Shown here: one piece after another, positions 1 to 10,121 of the stretch
Numbering within the stretch: position 1 is the stretch's first letter
How the letters are laid out: every line of letters begins with the position of its first letter
Program-made: the position numbers and the translations under genes
Notes under the pieces: model-generated
The model's database searches: none
Told to the model about the DNA's origin: nothing
The model's input: only the letters and a program-made list of their open reading frames with translations
Source of the DNA: Alphaproteobacteria bacterium
GTDB taxonomy: Bacteria; Pseudomonadota; Alphaproteobacteria; MPNO01; UBA830
Direction of reading: 5' to 3'
DNA: 64,000 bases
NCBI GenBank assembly: GCA_965243135.1
Contig: OZ251539.1
Coordinates: 2,240,001-2,304,000, forward strand

Positions 1-1048
1 AACAACTCAAGGGCGGCTTCCGCGCTGCGCGACGGCAACGATGCGGACCGCGTCCGCCGCCCGGGCGGCCCAGGCGCGAGCGTTGCCTCCGTCCTCCTCG
101 CCCAACTCCCGTCCACCCTGTCTCGTCGCCGTGAACGATCGGCGCCTTCGACAGGTGCCGGGAGATCTCTTCGTCGAGCGGCTCGAACAGGCGCAGGAAC
201 CGTCGCTGGGCGTCCGCCAACGTGCCGGGCGCAATGGCGAGCCCGTGCTGGCCCAGCGCGCGGCAGACCGAACGCAGCGGACGATGCAGGCCATACCTCT
301 CCGCCAGGACGTTCGCCCAGACGGAGACTCCATATCGGGTATTCGGAAACAGCCGCGCCGGGGCCGGGCCGACGACCTCCTTTTCCGGTCGGCAGGTACA
401 GGCCGGGCGCAGCCGCTTCCGTCGAATCCTCCGGACGTAGGTGACGGTCCTGGTTTCGACGAGCTCCGCGTCCTTCCAACCGTTCGAGACCCAGGCCTTG
501 CCGCAGTCCGGGCATGTGCGCTCGTCCGGAATCGACTCTTCCTCGCGAACGGGCAGCTCGGGGCGCTGCGTGCGGCCATGCGATGGCGTTCCCTGGCGGC
601 GCCCCCGGCGTCGACCGGTTGCCGCAGGCCGCCGCTCGCTGCGGCGCCCGAACAACTCCCGGGCAAACCTGCGGCTGCGGGACTTCAGACTCTCGTTCTC
701 CGGCGTCTCCGCAGCTCGACACGGGGGCGGCACCTCATGTCTCTTTATCTCGGCGTCGCAGCAACACTTCTCCGCTTTCGCGGTCTCCAGCTCCCGGCCG
801 AGATCCGCATTCTCCCGGCGCGACGCGGCCAGCTCCCGGCCGAGATCCGCACTCTCCCGGCGCGACGCGGCCAGCGCCAGACTGAGATCCGCACTCTCCC
901 GGCGCGACGCGGCCAGCGCCAGACTGAGATCCGCATTCTCCCGGCGCGACGCGGCCAGCTCCCGGCCGAGATCCGCACTCTCCCGGCGCGACGCGGCCAG
1001 GCCGCCGCCCGACAACTCGGTCCCCGGAAGTGAATGTTCGCTCGACAT
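1..1048 (-). pseudogene. IS66-family transposase, 5' part, frameshifted and cut by the window edge
   Basis: From ATG 1048 the frame reads MSSEHSLPGTELSGGG...LFGRRSER...CPDCG...HGDETG and is highly similar to 24021-25667. Small deletions near position 110 break the frame relative to that copy. Confidence 0.85.
787..996. repeat. 5 x 42-bp tandem repeat (14-aa coiled-coil unit) in the IS66 transposase N-terminus
   Basis: Unit ccagctcccggccgagatccgcattctcccggcgcgacgcgg with minor variants. On the minus strand it encodes LAASRRE(N/S)ADL(GRE/SLA). Confidence 0.95.
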
Positions 1049-1266
1049 GGCGACCGTGGAGCCAAAAACGCGTGTCCAGCCCCCGCCCGAATCATTCGCC
1101 AAGCTTAACCGAACGTTTACTCCGCGAGGAGCGCCGGGCCGCCAACCAGGGGTGGACAGCCTCAGGCACCCGGACGCGCTCTCCCGGTCAAGGATGCCTG
1201 GTTGAACCCTTGCCTGGAGGCGAACTCTCAACACCGTCACCCCACGACCGAACGCTTACGATTCCA

Positions 1267-1461
1267 CAGCAATTCTCGCTAAGGCGGGCGCATGTCCGGA
1301 AGGTACGCCTCGAAGGAGAAATTACCAATAGACAAGCCGCCGCGACACAAGAAAACCTCTCATTTCAAGGCAAATTGCACCGAAATACCCAGAAAAATCT
1401 ACGAAAAATTTTTCTGAAACCCCATATTTTCCAAGGATTAGAGCCTTAGCGAGAATTGCTG
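1267..1461. mobile_element. Non-autonomous MITE sharing ends with the IS copies at 21634-27596
   Basis: Perfect TIR cagcaattctcgctaagg / ccttagcgagaattgctg. Right flank is gtgattcca and left flank is gattcca (truncated by the adjacent IS66 end). The right ~70 bp match the ends at 25960-26021 and 27530-27596. Confidence 0.85.
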
Positions 1462-1583
1462 GTGATTCCATGCCTTGCCGTGCGCACGGTGCCATGCGAG
1501 TGGAGCGTCCAACCCGGTTCGCTTGGGAGCCGATAGGGAATGGCCATGCGGTAGACGCCCCTGCCGCATTCCCGGCGATACGC

Positions 1584-4500
1584 TCAACCTGCCGCCCGCG
1601 CCGACGCGGTTAGGGATCCGGAAAGATCGAGGCCGAACGCCGTGATTCGGACATCACTCCGCTCTTCTATGGCCTTCGCCTCCTGCTCAAGGAAATCGAT
1701 CAAACTCGGGAAGTTCATATGCTTGTCTTCCGGCCGTTCCCAATGGCGACTCCCATCACCGTGATAGGTGATCAGCAGGCAGCCCGCGCTGCAATGCCGC
1801 ATGTATTTTCCCAGAAGTTGATCATGAAGCGCTTCCTTGAGTTCGGACGCCGACCATTTGTCGGCGATTTTCAACTCGATCACCGCCTTCTGGTCTCCGG
1901 ATAAAAGCCGGATGTCGGTACGCTTTCCGTCGGCGACCGCTTCCTCCCGAGTGACTTGGTACATGCCCTTTGACATGAACTTCAAAAGCCTAGCGATAGT
2001 GCGCTGCATTCCGGTTTCGTCTATGCCGCGAAACTCGCGCCGGTCGGAAAAATCGCCATGCTGGAGTTCTTCGGCGATATCGTCCAACCGGTCGAGCATG
2101 ACCGAAAACAGGCCGTTCCTGTCGTTGGGCGGCGTTTCGAGGCCCTCGACCAGTTTCACCACGTCCTTGGGGTCGAACGGGCTGAACTCGGCGTCGAAGG
2201 CGGATGCCTCAAGATTCGATGACAGGAGACGTTCCCGGATGTCGACAAAGTCGCTCTCCTGCGCGAGTCCGCGGACGGCCTGCCGGGCTTTCGGTCCCCG
2301 CACGTTCAGCAGCCTGCCGAGCATGCCGTCCCGTACATGTTGGGCATTGTCCCGCTCCGCGGCGGCGATTTGCAGGACCGCGTCGGCGTCGAGCATGCCG
2401 TCCCGTACATGTTGGGCATTGTCCCGGGCACTTGGGGAGTAGACCCCCGTGTGGACCAAATCTTCCGCAGGGCGAATATGCCGGTAGGCGCACCGGACAA
2501 GCTGTTCGAACACTTCGGTGCTCCCGCCGTCGAGACGCAAACCATCAGGGCTGCGGAAGAGCGCAGCGAACGCCTCGGTCGCCTTGCGGTCGGCATCGGT
2601 CGCCTTGGAAAGCCAGTCCGTCAGCGCCTGCGTTCCCTGCGGCGCATCGGATTCGAACAACCCTCTGAGCCAGACGAGCGCGAGCATGCTTTCCGGATCG
2701 TCGCGGTATCGTTCTGCGCATAATTCGGAAATCCGGCGTCGATCCGCTTCGCCGTCGAGCAGGACTCGCAGGACTCGCAGGACTTCTTCCAAACGCAACC
2801 TCCAACGCCGATTGGCAGGATCCGCGACGTCTTCCGGCCATTTTTCCAGCCAGTTCAGCAAGCGAGGAGCCAATAGCCGCTTCAAGCCATCGTCCGAATA
2901 AGTCAGACCGTGCAGAAGAGGAAGGTGGTCCTGCTGATGGCCGAAGCGAAGCTGATCGAGCGCTTCGCCGCCTATCGCCTCTTCGATCGCCTTCGGACGA
3001 GACCTGGCGAGATCGAGGATGAATGGAGCCAGGCCGTTCAACTCGACGGTCGAATAAATTGCGGCTTTCCTCGCTTCTTCGTCCGAGAGCGCTTCTGCCC
3101 ACCCGGACCCAGCGGCTTCGGCCGAGACGCCGTTGAGGCCGAGAATCCAGGATGAGGGAACGTACTTCGCGCCAGGCGGCTGTTCGGACCAGAATTTCGG
3201 CTGCACGGTTCGCCAGTATGCGCAAAAGGCCTTTTCGGCGCGGTCGGCGAATTCCGGGCTGAACGCTTCGACCAACGCGCCTTTGTTCCAGACATTCCGC
3301 CGACTTTGCCGAGGTTCGCGATTCTCGAGCCATTCGACGATCCGTTTGAGCGTATCAAGCCTTTTCTCCTCGGAAAAAGCGGCCTCGGGATTGTCCACCA
3401 CATGGCGGCGCCATCGCCTCCTGTCCTCCCGCTCCTCCTCCGCCTCCAAAGCTTGTTCTCTCTGCAAACGCTCTACTTCACGATCCTGCTTCCGGACCTC
3501 CTCGCCCGGTTCCGGCGGGTTCGCGGCAGCTTCCAGAGCGGAGCGCAGCGCCGGGTCGTCTTTCGACGCATCGCGCATTTCCCGAAGCATTGTCTCGCTC
3601 CGCCCGCTCCCGAGGCCGATCAAGGCGTACAGCGCGACAGGTCGGCGGGCCGGCTGTTTCTTGTCCGCAAGGGCCGCCAACAGCCAGGGACGGTCCTCAT
3701 TGGTCAGCCGCCCCGTGAGACCGTTCTGTGTAGCCCATATGCGCGTCCAGTCATTGGCGGCAGGATGAGTTTTGTCGATAAACTCGAGTTCCGCCCAAAA
3801 CGCCTCCCGTCGCAGCGAACGGCGGAACCGGTCCCGGATGGCTCCGTCTTTCCGGGCTCCCTTGGCGAACCGGGAGGCAATCGCGCAGGCGCGAATCAAG
3901 TCATGCGACGATCGACCTGCGGCGATCTGCCGCTCGCACAGCGCAGCCAGGGAATTCGCGAAGTGTTCGAACTCGCTGCGAAAGCGCCATGGATCCTTGT
4001 CAGACCTGCGTCCCCGCAGGATCAATTCGACCATGCCGTCGCGCAGGGAGCATGCCGCGTCTGAAAGCGGGTCGATTTTCTTGAACCTCTCGCGCAGGTT
4101 CCAGGCGAATTCCCGCCCCGCGCCTCCCGGGTCGCCAGTACGCTCCATCAGCGCGATCAGAGACCCGGCTTCGATGAATTCCGGGAACAGTTCCGCCGCG
4201 ACCTCGCTGACGATTTCGTCCGGCCAGGAGTCGGGCTGGTCCAGCATCTTGCGCACGAGTTCGCGTACGTCCCCGCAGCGCTCGCATGCGGCGAGAGCGA
4301 GGACCGCGGTAACGCGATGGCGAGGCGCAAACGATTCGTCGCGAGCCGCCGACAACGCCAGATCGGCGCATTCCTCGACGGGTCCCAGCCAGATCAGCTT
4401 CGTCAACAGTTCTCGCGCGTCCTCGCTCGGAGGCCCGCTTTTCCATGCGCCGCGTATCGCTTCCGCAAGCTGCGGATGCGCGAACCGGCGCACCTCGTTC

Positions 4501-5957
4501 ATGTTCAACCCGCGCCATCCTCCGCAGTTGTACTTTTCAACGAATGCCTTGACGATCTTGCGTCGGTCCTCCAATTCGAGCGATCCCGGGTCGCCGTGCG
4601 AGAGCAAGACCTCGGGCGCCCGCCCGATCAATTCATTGCGGACCTCGGCATCATCCAGGGCAAGCCATGCGGCGATCGGGCGCGTGGAGGGGAGCACCAA
4701 CTCGTCGCCGCCCTTTTCCGCAAACAGCAGGCGGAACAGGGCACGCCTGGACATGCCTCGCTCGCGCAGCGAACGCAGAAGCCGGGCCGACAAAAATTCC
4801 TCGACCGAACGGTGATGGAAGCGGACGCGCCCGTAGGTGGCGGGATCGAACAGGCCGCGGCGGAGCAGCGTGCGCCGTTTCTTGGGCGACCATGACGGAA
4901 GCATTCCGGCTGGATCGAGCGTTCCGTCGCCCGGATCGCCGCCCGGTTCCGGTGAACGAATGGTTCGCGTCCGGGTCAACGCGAGTCCGAAGGCAAGCAT
5001 TTCGGCTCCCCGATGGGCGTCTGCGTCTTCGAGGTCGCCGGCATCGGGGCGGTCGGGATCTTCCTCCTTCAATTTTGCTTCGACGTTCGCCTCATGCTGT
5101 TCTTTCAGGGTGCCAAGTCGCCCGTCATGCTTCCAGGCTGCGATCAGCGTTGTCAGATCCATGGGCCGTCTGGCGAAAGTCCACGCCCCTTGCCGTGCGA
5201 TCTCCTCAAGAAACGCGGCCGGATCTTCGACATCGTGTTCTTGCGCAAAGAGTTCGACCTTGGCGTCGCTCAACGAAAGCATGACCACCGTTCGGAGCGG
5301 AGCTTCCGGAGGCGAAGGCGCGTTTTGGCTCTCCGAACCGAAGTGCGCTCCGTGATCCGGGACGTTCAAACCGAGACAATCGGATACTTCGCCATTCACG
5401 ACACCCATGAATATTTCCTCGGACGACTGCGGGGGAACCCCGCTTTCCTTCGCCGATACCGGAAGAAGAGTCCGAAAAGCGTCCTCATCGACTTGCGGAC
5501 GCCAGTCGCTGAAGCGGCACGAAACAACGATGCGGGCGCGGGCAAGATGGTCTGCGATGTCCCTGGACAGGTTCAGGAACGCCTCATCGAGCTTGCGTTC
5601 GGTAAGCTTCAGCTCGTCCACCGCGTCGAGGAAGAACCAGGCCGTCCCGGAATCGCTCGATTTCCATTCCGCGTATCTCTCTTCCTCGTCCGGCAACAGG
5701 CATTCGGCGACCGATCCGCGACCGAGGCGTTCAAGCGGCAGGAAGAACGCGAACTTGTCTTCCTCGGAAAGTCGCCGCGCCTGCTCGCGCATCTCGGTCG
5801 TCTTTCCCGAGCCGGCTTCCGCCAACAGAACGACCCGGCAGTATTCCAGCAATTCCGCCCAGCCGACGCCGGACCAAGTGTCGTGCAGCGCCAAATCCGC
5901 GTCTTCGGGTTCCTCGTTCTTCAGGTCGCGAAATCGGCGGTCGAGATCAACATACAT
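1584..5957 (-). CDS. STAND/NACHT-type NTPase with long helical region and C-terminal PD-(D/E)xK nuclease; putative defence protein
   Basis: Walker A LLAEAGSGKT, Walker B FFLDAVDE, VVSCR, RRPMDL and FHHRSVEEFLSA motifs. C-terminal EEAVADGKRTDIRL...VIELK. Confidence 0.8.
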   Translation of the reverse strand: MYVDLDRRFRDLKNEEPEDADLALHDTWSGVGWAELLEYCRVVLLAEAGSGKTTEMREQARRLSEEDKFAFFLPLERLGRGSVAECLLPDEEERYAEWKSSDSGTAWFFLDAVDELKLTERKLDEAFLNLSRDIADHLARARIVVSCRFSDWRPQVDEDAFRTLLPVSAKESGVPPQSSEEIFMGVVNGEVSDCLGLNVPDHGAHFGSESQNAPSPPEAPLRTVVMLSLSDAKVELFAQEHDVEDPAAFLEEIARQGAWTFARRPMDLTTLIAAWKHDGRLGTLKEQHEANVEAKLKEEDPDRPDAGDLEDADAHRGAEMLAFGLALTRTRTIRSPEPGGDPGDGTLDPAGMLPSWSPKKRRTLLRRGLFDPATYGRVRFHHRSVEEFLSARLLRSLRERGMSRRALFRLLFAEKGGDELVLPSTRPIAAWLALDDAEVRNELIGRAPEVLLSHGDPGSLELEDRRKIVKAFVEKYNCGGWRGLNMNEVRRFAHPQLAEAIRGAWKSGPPSEDARELLTKLIWLGPVEECADLALSAARDESFAPRHRVTAVLALAACERCGDVRELVRKMLDQPDSWPDEIVSEVAAELFPEFIEAGSLIALMERTGDPGGAGREFAWNLRERFKKIDPLSDAACSLRDGMVELILRGRRSDKDPWRFRSEFEHFANSLAALCERQIAAGRSSHDLIRACAIASRFAKGARKDGAIRDRFRRSLRREAFWAELEFIDKTHPAANDWTRIWATQNGLTGRLTNEDRPWLLAALADKKQPARRPVALYALIGLGSGRSETMLREMRDASKDDPALRSALEAAANPPEPGEEVRKQDREVERLQREQALEAEEEREDRRRWRRHVVDNPEAAFSEEKRLDTLKRIVEWLENREPRQSRRNVWNKGALVEAFSPEFADRAEKAFCAYWRTVQPKFWSEQPPGAKYVPSSWILGLNGVSAEAAGSGWAEALSDEEARKAAIYSTVELNGLAPFILDLARSRPKAIEEAIGGEALDQLRFGHQQDHLPLLHGLTYSDDGLKRLLAPRLLNWLEKWPEDVADPANRRWRLRLEEVLRVLRVLLDGEADRRRISELCAERYRDDPESMLALVWLRGLFESDAPQGTQALTDWLSKATDADRKATEAFAALFRSPDGLRLDGGSTEVFEQLVRCAYRHIRPAEDLVHTGVYSPSARDNAQHVRDGMLDADAVLQIAAAERDNAQHVRDGMLGRLLNVRGPKARQAVRGLAQESDFVDIRERLLSSNLEASAFDAEFSPFDPKDVVKLVEGLETPPNDRNGLFSVMLDRLDDIAEELQHGDFSDRREFRGIDETGMQRTIARLLKFMSKGMYQVTREEAVADGKRTDIRLLSGDQKAVIELKIADKWSASELKEALHDQLLGKYMRHCSAGCLLITYHGDGSRHWERPEDKHMNFPSLIDFLEQEAKAIEERSDVRITAFGLDLSGSLTASARAAG
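2318..2426. repeat. Exact 37-bp direct repeat separated by 35 bp (in-frame 72-bp insertion)
   Basis: cgagcatgccgtcccgtacatgttgggcattgtcccg at 2318-2354 and 2390-2426. The protein shows RDNAQHVRDGML twice. Confidence 0.95.
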
Positions 5958-6685
5958 TGTCCGGTCTTCCTTGCGGCCCCCGCATGCTCCCTCGAGACGC
6001 CGCGCAAGGCGGCGACACCTTCCGCCCAGGCTTTTGCATGGCTTCGCTGGAGCCTCTCGGGCATCGGCTCGGCATCCTTTGAATCTCTGCCGCGAGGTCG
6101 GCCGCCTACCGCGCGGCTCGGCAAGCCGTCAACCTGCCGGCCATGTCGCCATGCGTTTGCCGCATCGTCGGCATAACCGCGCTCTTCACCCGAGGCGTTC
6201 GCCGAAAAAATGCACGGCGCACCCCGCCCATAATCGAGCGCCCGCCGGGTCGCCGCTTCACCGGGAAACATACCGACAACTGCATTATAGCGAGCGACAT
6301 GGAACTGGACCACGCTCCTGCGACGGCCCCCGCCAATTGGGATATCCCGTTTTCCGGGGGCAAATTCTGGTCCGTGTACGCCACCCGCCAAAAAAGCACC
6401 CGTCCGTTCCGCCGCGCCGCAACGCTCCACCGTAGGCCGTCCCGAACCTTCTGGAGCGAATCGCGGTGCAAGGTGCCGAGAACGAAGTCAACCTCGCCTA
6501 ATTTTTCGAGACGCTCGCCGACCGACCGTGAAAAAACTCGTCGCCGCCAACCCGGAGGCAGCCACGCCGTGCGACGCCGGCAAGCAGACCGTCCGCAAGA
6601 TCGTCGTCTCGTAACGGCTGCGTCAATCCGCGCTTTCCCCGGCGTCCTTCTCCTGCCGCAGCCGCGCTTACTCGTCCGGCCAAGC

Positions 6686-6840
6686 GTCGCGCCGGCAACG
6701 CGCCATACCGTCGGCGCTGCGGAAGATGCGTTTTCCCATTTCGGGCAGGCGCACGCCCCCAGCCTACCGGACCACGAGGCCAATCCCGTCCTTCCCGGCG
6801 TCGGCGACGATACCCTCGATAACAGCCTCGATCGTTCGTT
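6686..6840 (-). pseudogene. Diverged relic of the 3' end of the polyvalent gene (paralogous to ~17477-17640)
   Basis: gcggaagatgcgttttcccatttcgggcaggcgcac...cccgtccttcccggcgtc aligns by eye with gcggaagatgcgttctcccgtttcgggcgggcgcgc...cccgtccttcccggcgtc. Confidence 0.7.
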
Positions 6841-6907
6841 CATTTACGGTAGCGACAGCTATAAGATAGTTTGCAAGCGATGGCGTTTTCTCATCTTCGG
6901 TACTGTA

Positions 6908-8806
6908 ATGGAACTGTTAACGGAACCGGCCGTTTGGCTCGGTTTAGTCTCCGTGGGAGTGCTCGCGGCCTGGCTGAAGGGGTTCCTCAACCAATTCCTG
7001 CCGCCGCCGCAACGGGCATGGTTGGCCATCGCGAATAGTTTGTTCGCCATCAAGACTGGTTTTCGGACCGAATCGCCACCCCCCGAGGATAGGTTTCGTT
7101 TTGTGTTGTGCTGGCTGGAAGACGACACCACGGGACGCGACACGAAAACTGTCGGGCAGGCGTTCACGGGGGTTGAGGGTGTCGAACTGGTCCGCTCCGC
7201 CCGCATTGTGAAGGCATCCGGCGCAGCGGATGAGTGGCTGCCGGCGATGCGCAAAGGCGCCCGCACGGTTCTGGATGAATGGAAAGCCGACCTGGCGGTC
7301 GCCGGCTCGGTCAAGGAATCTGGAAAGGCTCTGAACCTGTGGGTCGTGCCGCGAGAAGGCGACGGCACGCTCCGTCGAGCGGACCGAGCATACGAATTGA
7401 AGAACGTGACACTTCAAAAAGAGTTCCACGAAGACCTCCGAGCGCAGCTTGTCGCTGTGGCGCTCAGGGCCGTGGCACCGCTCGCCGACACCGAAGTGCG
7501 CGGTCGAGTTCTGGAAAAAGAGCTGACCGCCGCCACCGAGAAGCTCGCGACTTTGCTTAAGGGCGCCACAATCACTGGGGGTGACCGTCGCGCTGCCTTG
7601 TCTTTGGCGTATGGTGACGCCCTAGCGGCCCTTGGCGAGCGGGAGAGCGGGCGGAAGCGTCTGGAGCAGGCCGTTGATGCCTACACGCAGGCGCTTGAGG
7701 TGTTCACCCGTGATGGTGCGCCGCTCGCTTGGGCCGGGACGCAGAACAACCTCGGCAACGTCCTTCGGACCTTGGGTGAGCGAGAGAGCGGGTCGGAGCG
7801 TCTGGAGCAGGCCGCCGACGCCTACACGCAGGCGCTCAAGGAGTGCACCCGCGAGAGTGTGCCGTTTGACTGGGCCATGACGCAGAACAACCTCGGCAAC
7901 GTCCTTGCGAACCTTGGCGAACGGGAGACCGGGCGGAAGCGCCTGGAGCAGGCCGTCGACGCCTACACGCAGGCGCTTGAGGTGTTCACCCGTAATGATG
8001 AGCCGCTTCAATGGGCCATGACGCAGAACAACCTCGGCAACGCTCTTCGGATCTTGGGTGAGCGAGAGACCGGACGGGATCGTCTGGAACAAGCCATCGG
8101 CGCCTATACCGAAGCGCTCAAGGAGCGCACCCGCGAGCGTGTGCCGTTTGACTGGGCCGTGACGCAGAACAACCTCGGCAACGCCCTTGCGAATCTTGGC
8201 AAGCGAGAGAGCGTGCCGTCGCGTCTGGAGCAGGCTGTCGGCGCCTACACGCAGGCGCTTGAGGTGTCCACCCATGATGATGCGCCGCTTCAGTGGGCCA
8301 TGACGCAGAACGATCTCGGCAACGCCCTTCAAGCCTTGGGTGAGCTTGTGCAATCGCCGACACGCTTGGAGCAAGCCATCGCTGCCTACGCGCAGGCGCT
8401 TGAGGAACGCACCCGCGAGTGCGCACCGTTTCAGTGGGCTGCGACGCAGAACAATCTCGGCATCGCCCTTCAGACCTTGGGTGCGCTTGAGAAATCGCCG
8501 ACACGCGTGGAGCAAGCCGTCGACGCCTGTACCGAAGCGCTCAAGGAGTGCACCCGCGAGAGTGTGCCGTTTGACTGGGCCGTGACGCAGAACAGTCTCG
8601 GCATCGCCCTTCAGACCTTGGGTGCGCTCGAGAAATCGCCGGAACGCATGCAGCAGGCCATCGCTGCCTATACCGAAGCGCTTCAGGTGTTCGACGCCGA
8701 GGCGACGCCCCAAGACTGGCAGATGGCGCAGAACAATCTTGCTCTTGCCCGCAATCTCCTGCGCGAAATGGAAGCCGAACCCGGATCGGAAGACATTCCG
8801 GGTTGA
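6908..8806 (+). CDS. TPR-repeat protein with N-terminal hydrophobic segment
   Basis: Starts MELLTEPAVWLGLVSVGVLAAWL. At least 8 repeats of 47 aa (141 bp) with WAxTQNNLGNAL. The start was moved from 6143 because the upstream frame is non-genic. Confidence 0.88.
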   Translation: MELLTEPAVWLGLVSVGVLAAWLKGFLNQFLPPPQRAWLAIANSLFAIKTGFRTESPPPEDRFRFVLCWLEDDTTGRDTKTVGQAFTGVEGVELVRSARIVKASGAADEWLPAMRKGARTVLDEWKADLAVAGSVKESGKALNLWVVPREGDGTLRRADRAYELKNVTLQKEFHEDLRAQLVAVALRAVAPLADTEVRGRVLEKELTAATEKLATLLKGATITGGDRRAALSLAYGDALAALGERESGRKRLEQAVDAYTQALEVFTRDGAPLAWAGTQNNLGNVLRTLGERESGSERLEQAADAYTQALKECTRESVPFDWAMTQNNLGNVLANLGERETGRKRLEQAVDAYTQALEVFTRNDEPLQWAMTQNNLGNALRILGERETGRDRLEQAIGAYTEALKERTRERVPFDWAVTQNNLGNALANLGKRESVPSRLEQAVGAYTQALEVSTHDDAPLQWAMTQNDLGNALQALGELVQSPTRLEQAIAAYAQALEERTRECAPFQWAATQNNLGIALQTLGALEKSPTRVEQAVDACTEALKECTRESVPFDWAVTQNSLGIALQTLGALEKSPERMQQAIAAYTEALQVFDAEATPQDWQMAQNNLALARNLLREMEAEPGSEDIPG

Positions 8807-9149
8807 GGTACGTCCGGACTCCGTTCGAAACGGCAAGAAGTCCGGCGGTGGTCGTCAAACCCGCCCCGAGATTGCCGGGATAACGCCGGAACCTGAACCT
8901 GTCGTTCTGGACCGCCGCCGGTTATCCGCAGACCCCGGCTTAAGGCTCTGCCGCCCCGCCAGCTTCATCGTTCGCGCCCTGTCCTGCGGAACAGGTAGCG
9001 AAAACTGTCGGCACCGCGCTTGACAAGAACCACGCGGCTTTCGCCGTTCTCGTCGAGGGCGGGAGCGAACCCGTTCCTGCCGGACGGACGCCATTGCGGA
9101 TGCCGAACAGGCCGGGGCGCGAGATGGCGGAACCCATGGCGTCCTGCCG

Positions 9150-9700
9150 AACTGCGTGGACCAGGAAACCATGCGGAGCTCGACGGCGCCGACGGCCCCC
9201 CTCTCTGCGATCGTCCATACCGGAACGGAGCCATGGAACGCTGCCGAGAACGTGGACAACTTCAGGAACCCCATCCCGGAGTTCCACAAGTTGCACGCGC
9301 GGTATACCGTCCAGAACGCTCAGAGGACCGACTGTTCCGCCTACGAAAACAACCCCGCAGCGGCTTGTTTCCGGTTGTACCGGGCCGCCGGGGAACTGGA
9401 CAAGCTCCTTCCGCTGGACAAGTATCGCTCTTTACTCCACCTTCTCATCATGATCGCGGTGCCGGGAGCCGGATGCTTTCCCGAAGCCGCGCCGAAAGGA
9501 GCGCCTCTGATTTCGCTCAACATGCGGCCAGGACCCACGCCGCCGACATGGCTTCGAGCCGCGAACTCATGGCCGATCTTGCAGCAGAAAGGTTCGATGC
9601 CGAAACGGGGGACGCTTGAAGTCCGCGCTCGACGGCATCGTCGACCTGCTCCGGGAAGCGAAGACCCGCTTCAGGGCCGGCCGGACCGCCGGGGAACTCC
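9150..9700 (+). pseudogene. Probable relic of an Rpn-family (Transposase_31) gene C-terminus
   Basis: PLSAIVHTGTEPWNAA...ENNPAAACFRL and, in another frame, RELMADLAAERF resemble Rpn C-terminal motifs. Fragmented. Confidence 0.4.
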
Positions 9701-10121
9701 TCGCGTACGGTCGCCACTGAAACGGGCGCCGGAAACCGAGGACTCTCCGGAGGCCGCGTTGGAAGGATCGCCGCGGATGGCGCTGAACCCGCTCAACGCC
9801 GCAATGCGCTCTGGCGCACGATGCGGTTGGAGGGTACGGCCGGGTCGGAGCCTCGGTAGCCGCTGTACTGGAAATATCGACTCGCCTGTTTCGCAAGCTT
9901 CCGCACACCGTCCTGACGGTATTCAACCCGGCAACGCGAGCCCATGCGCCTTTAGGAGCTTTCAGGGAATCGCTTCGCGCCCGGCGCGTGTATGTAACGT
10001 TCGTTTTATGCTCTATAGTCCGACCGGAACCACTTCCTCGGCGAAGATACCCGGACCCGTGGGCGATGTTTGATCTCGGTTCGGCGCCGGGTCCGGCCGG
10101 CGGAAGCACGAGGCGGCTTAG

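Larger units (their letters stand above)
1..1259 (-). mobile_element. IS66-family element (partial) with inner and outer terminal repeats
   Basis: Inner end aaccgaacgtttac ends at 1120 and outer end tcaccccacgaccgaacgcttac ends at 1259 (reverse complement GTAAGCGTTCGGT, IS66-type). Same architecture as 23125-25918. Confidence 0.85.

Noticed and set aside
787-996. CRISPR-like or RNA array
   Set aside because: Head-to-tail repeats with no spacers; they encode an in-frame coiled coil.
2318-2426. CRISPR array
   Set aside because: Only two repeats, inside an intact CDS, with no leader or cas genes. Kept only as a possible ectopic integration scar.
6143-6907. N-terminal extensions of long ORF-track calls (also 40591, 48964, 50292, 51633, 52228, 32670 starts)
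   Set aside because: Low-complexity Arg/Pro-rich translations typical of high-GC open frames; family motifs begin at downstream starts.
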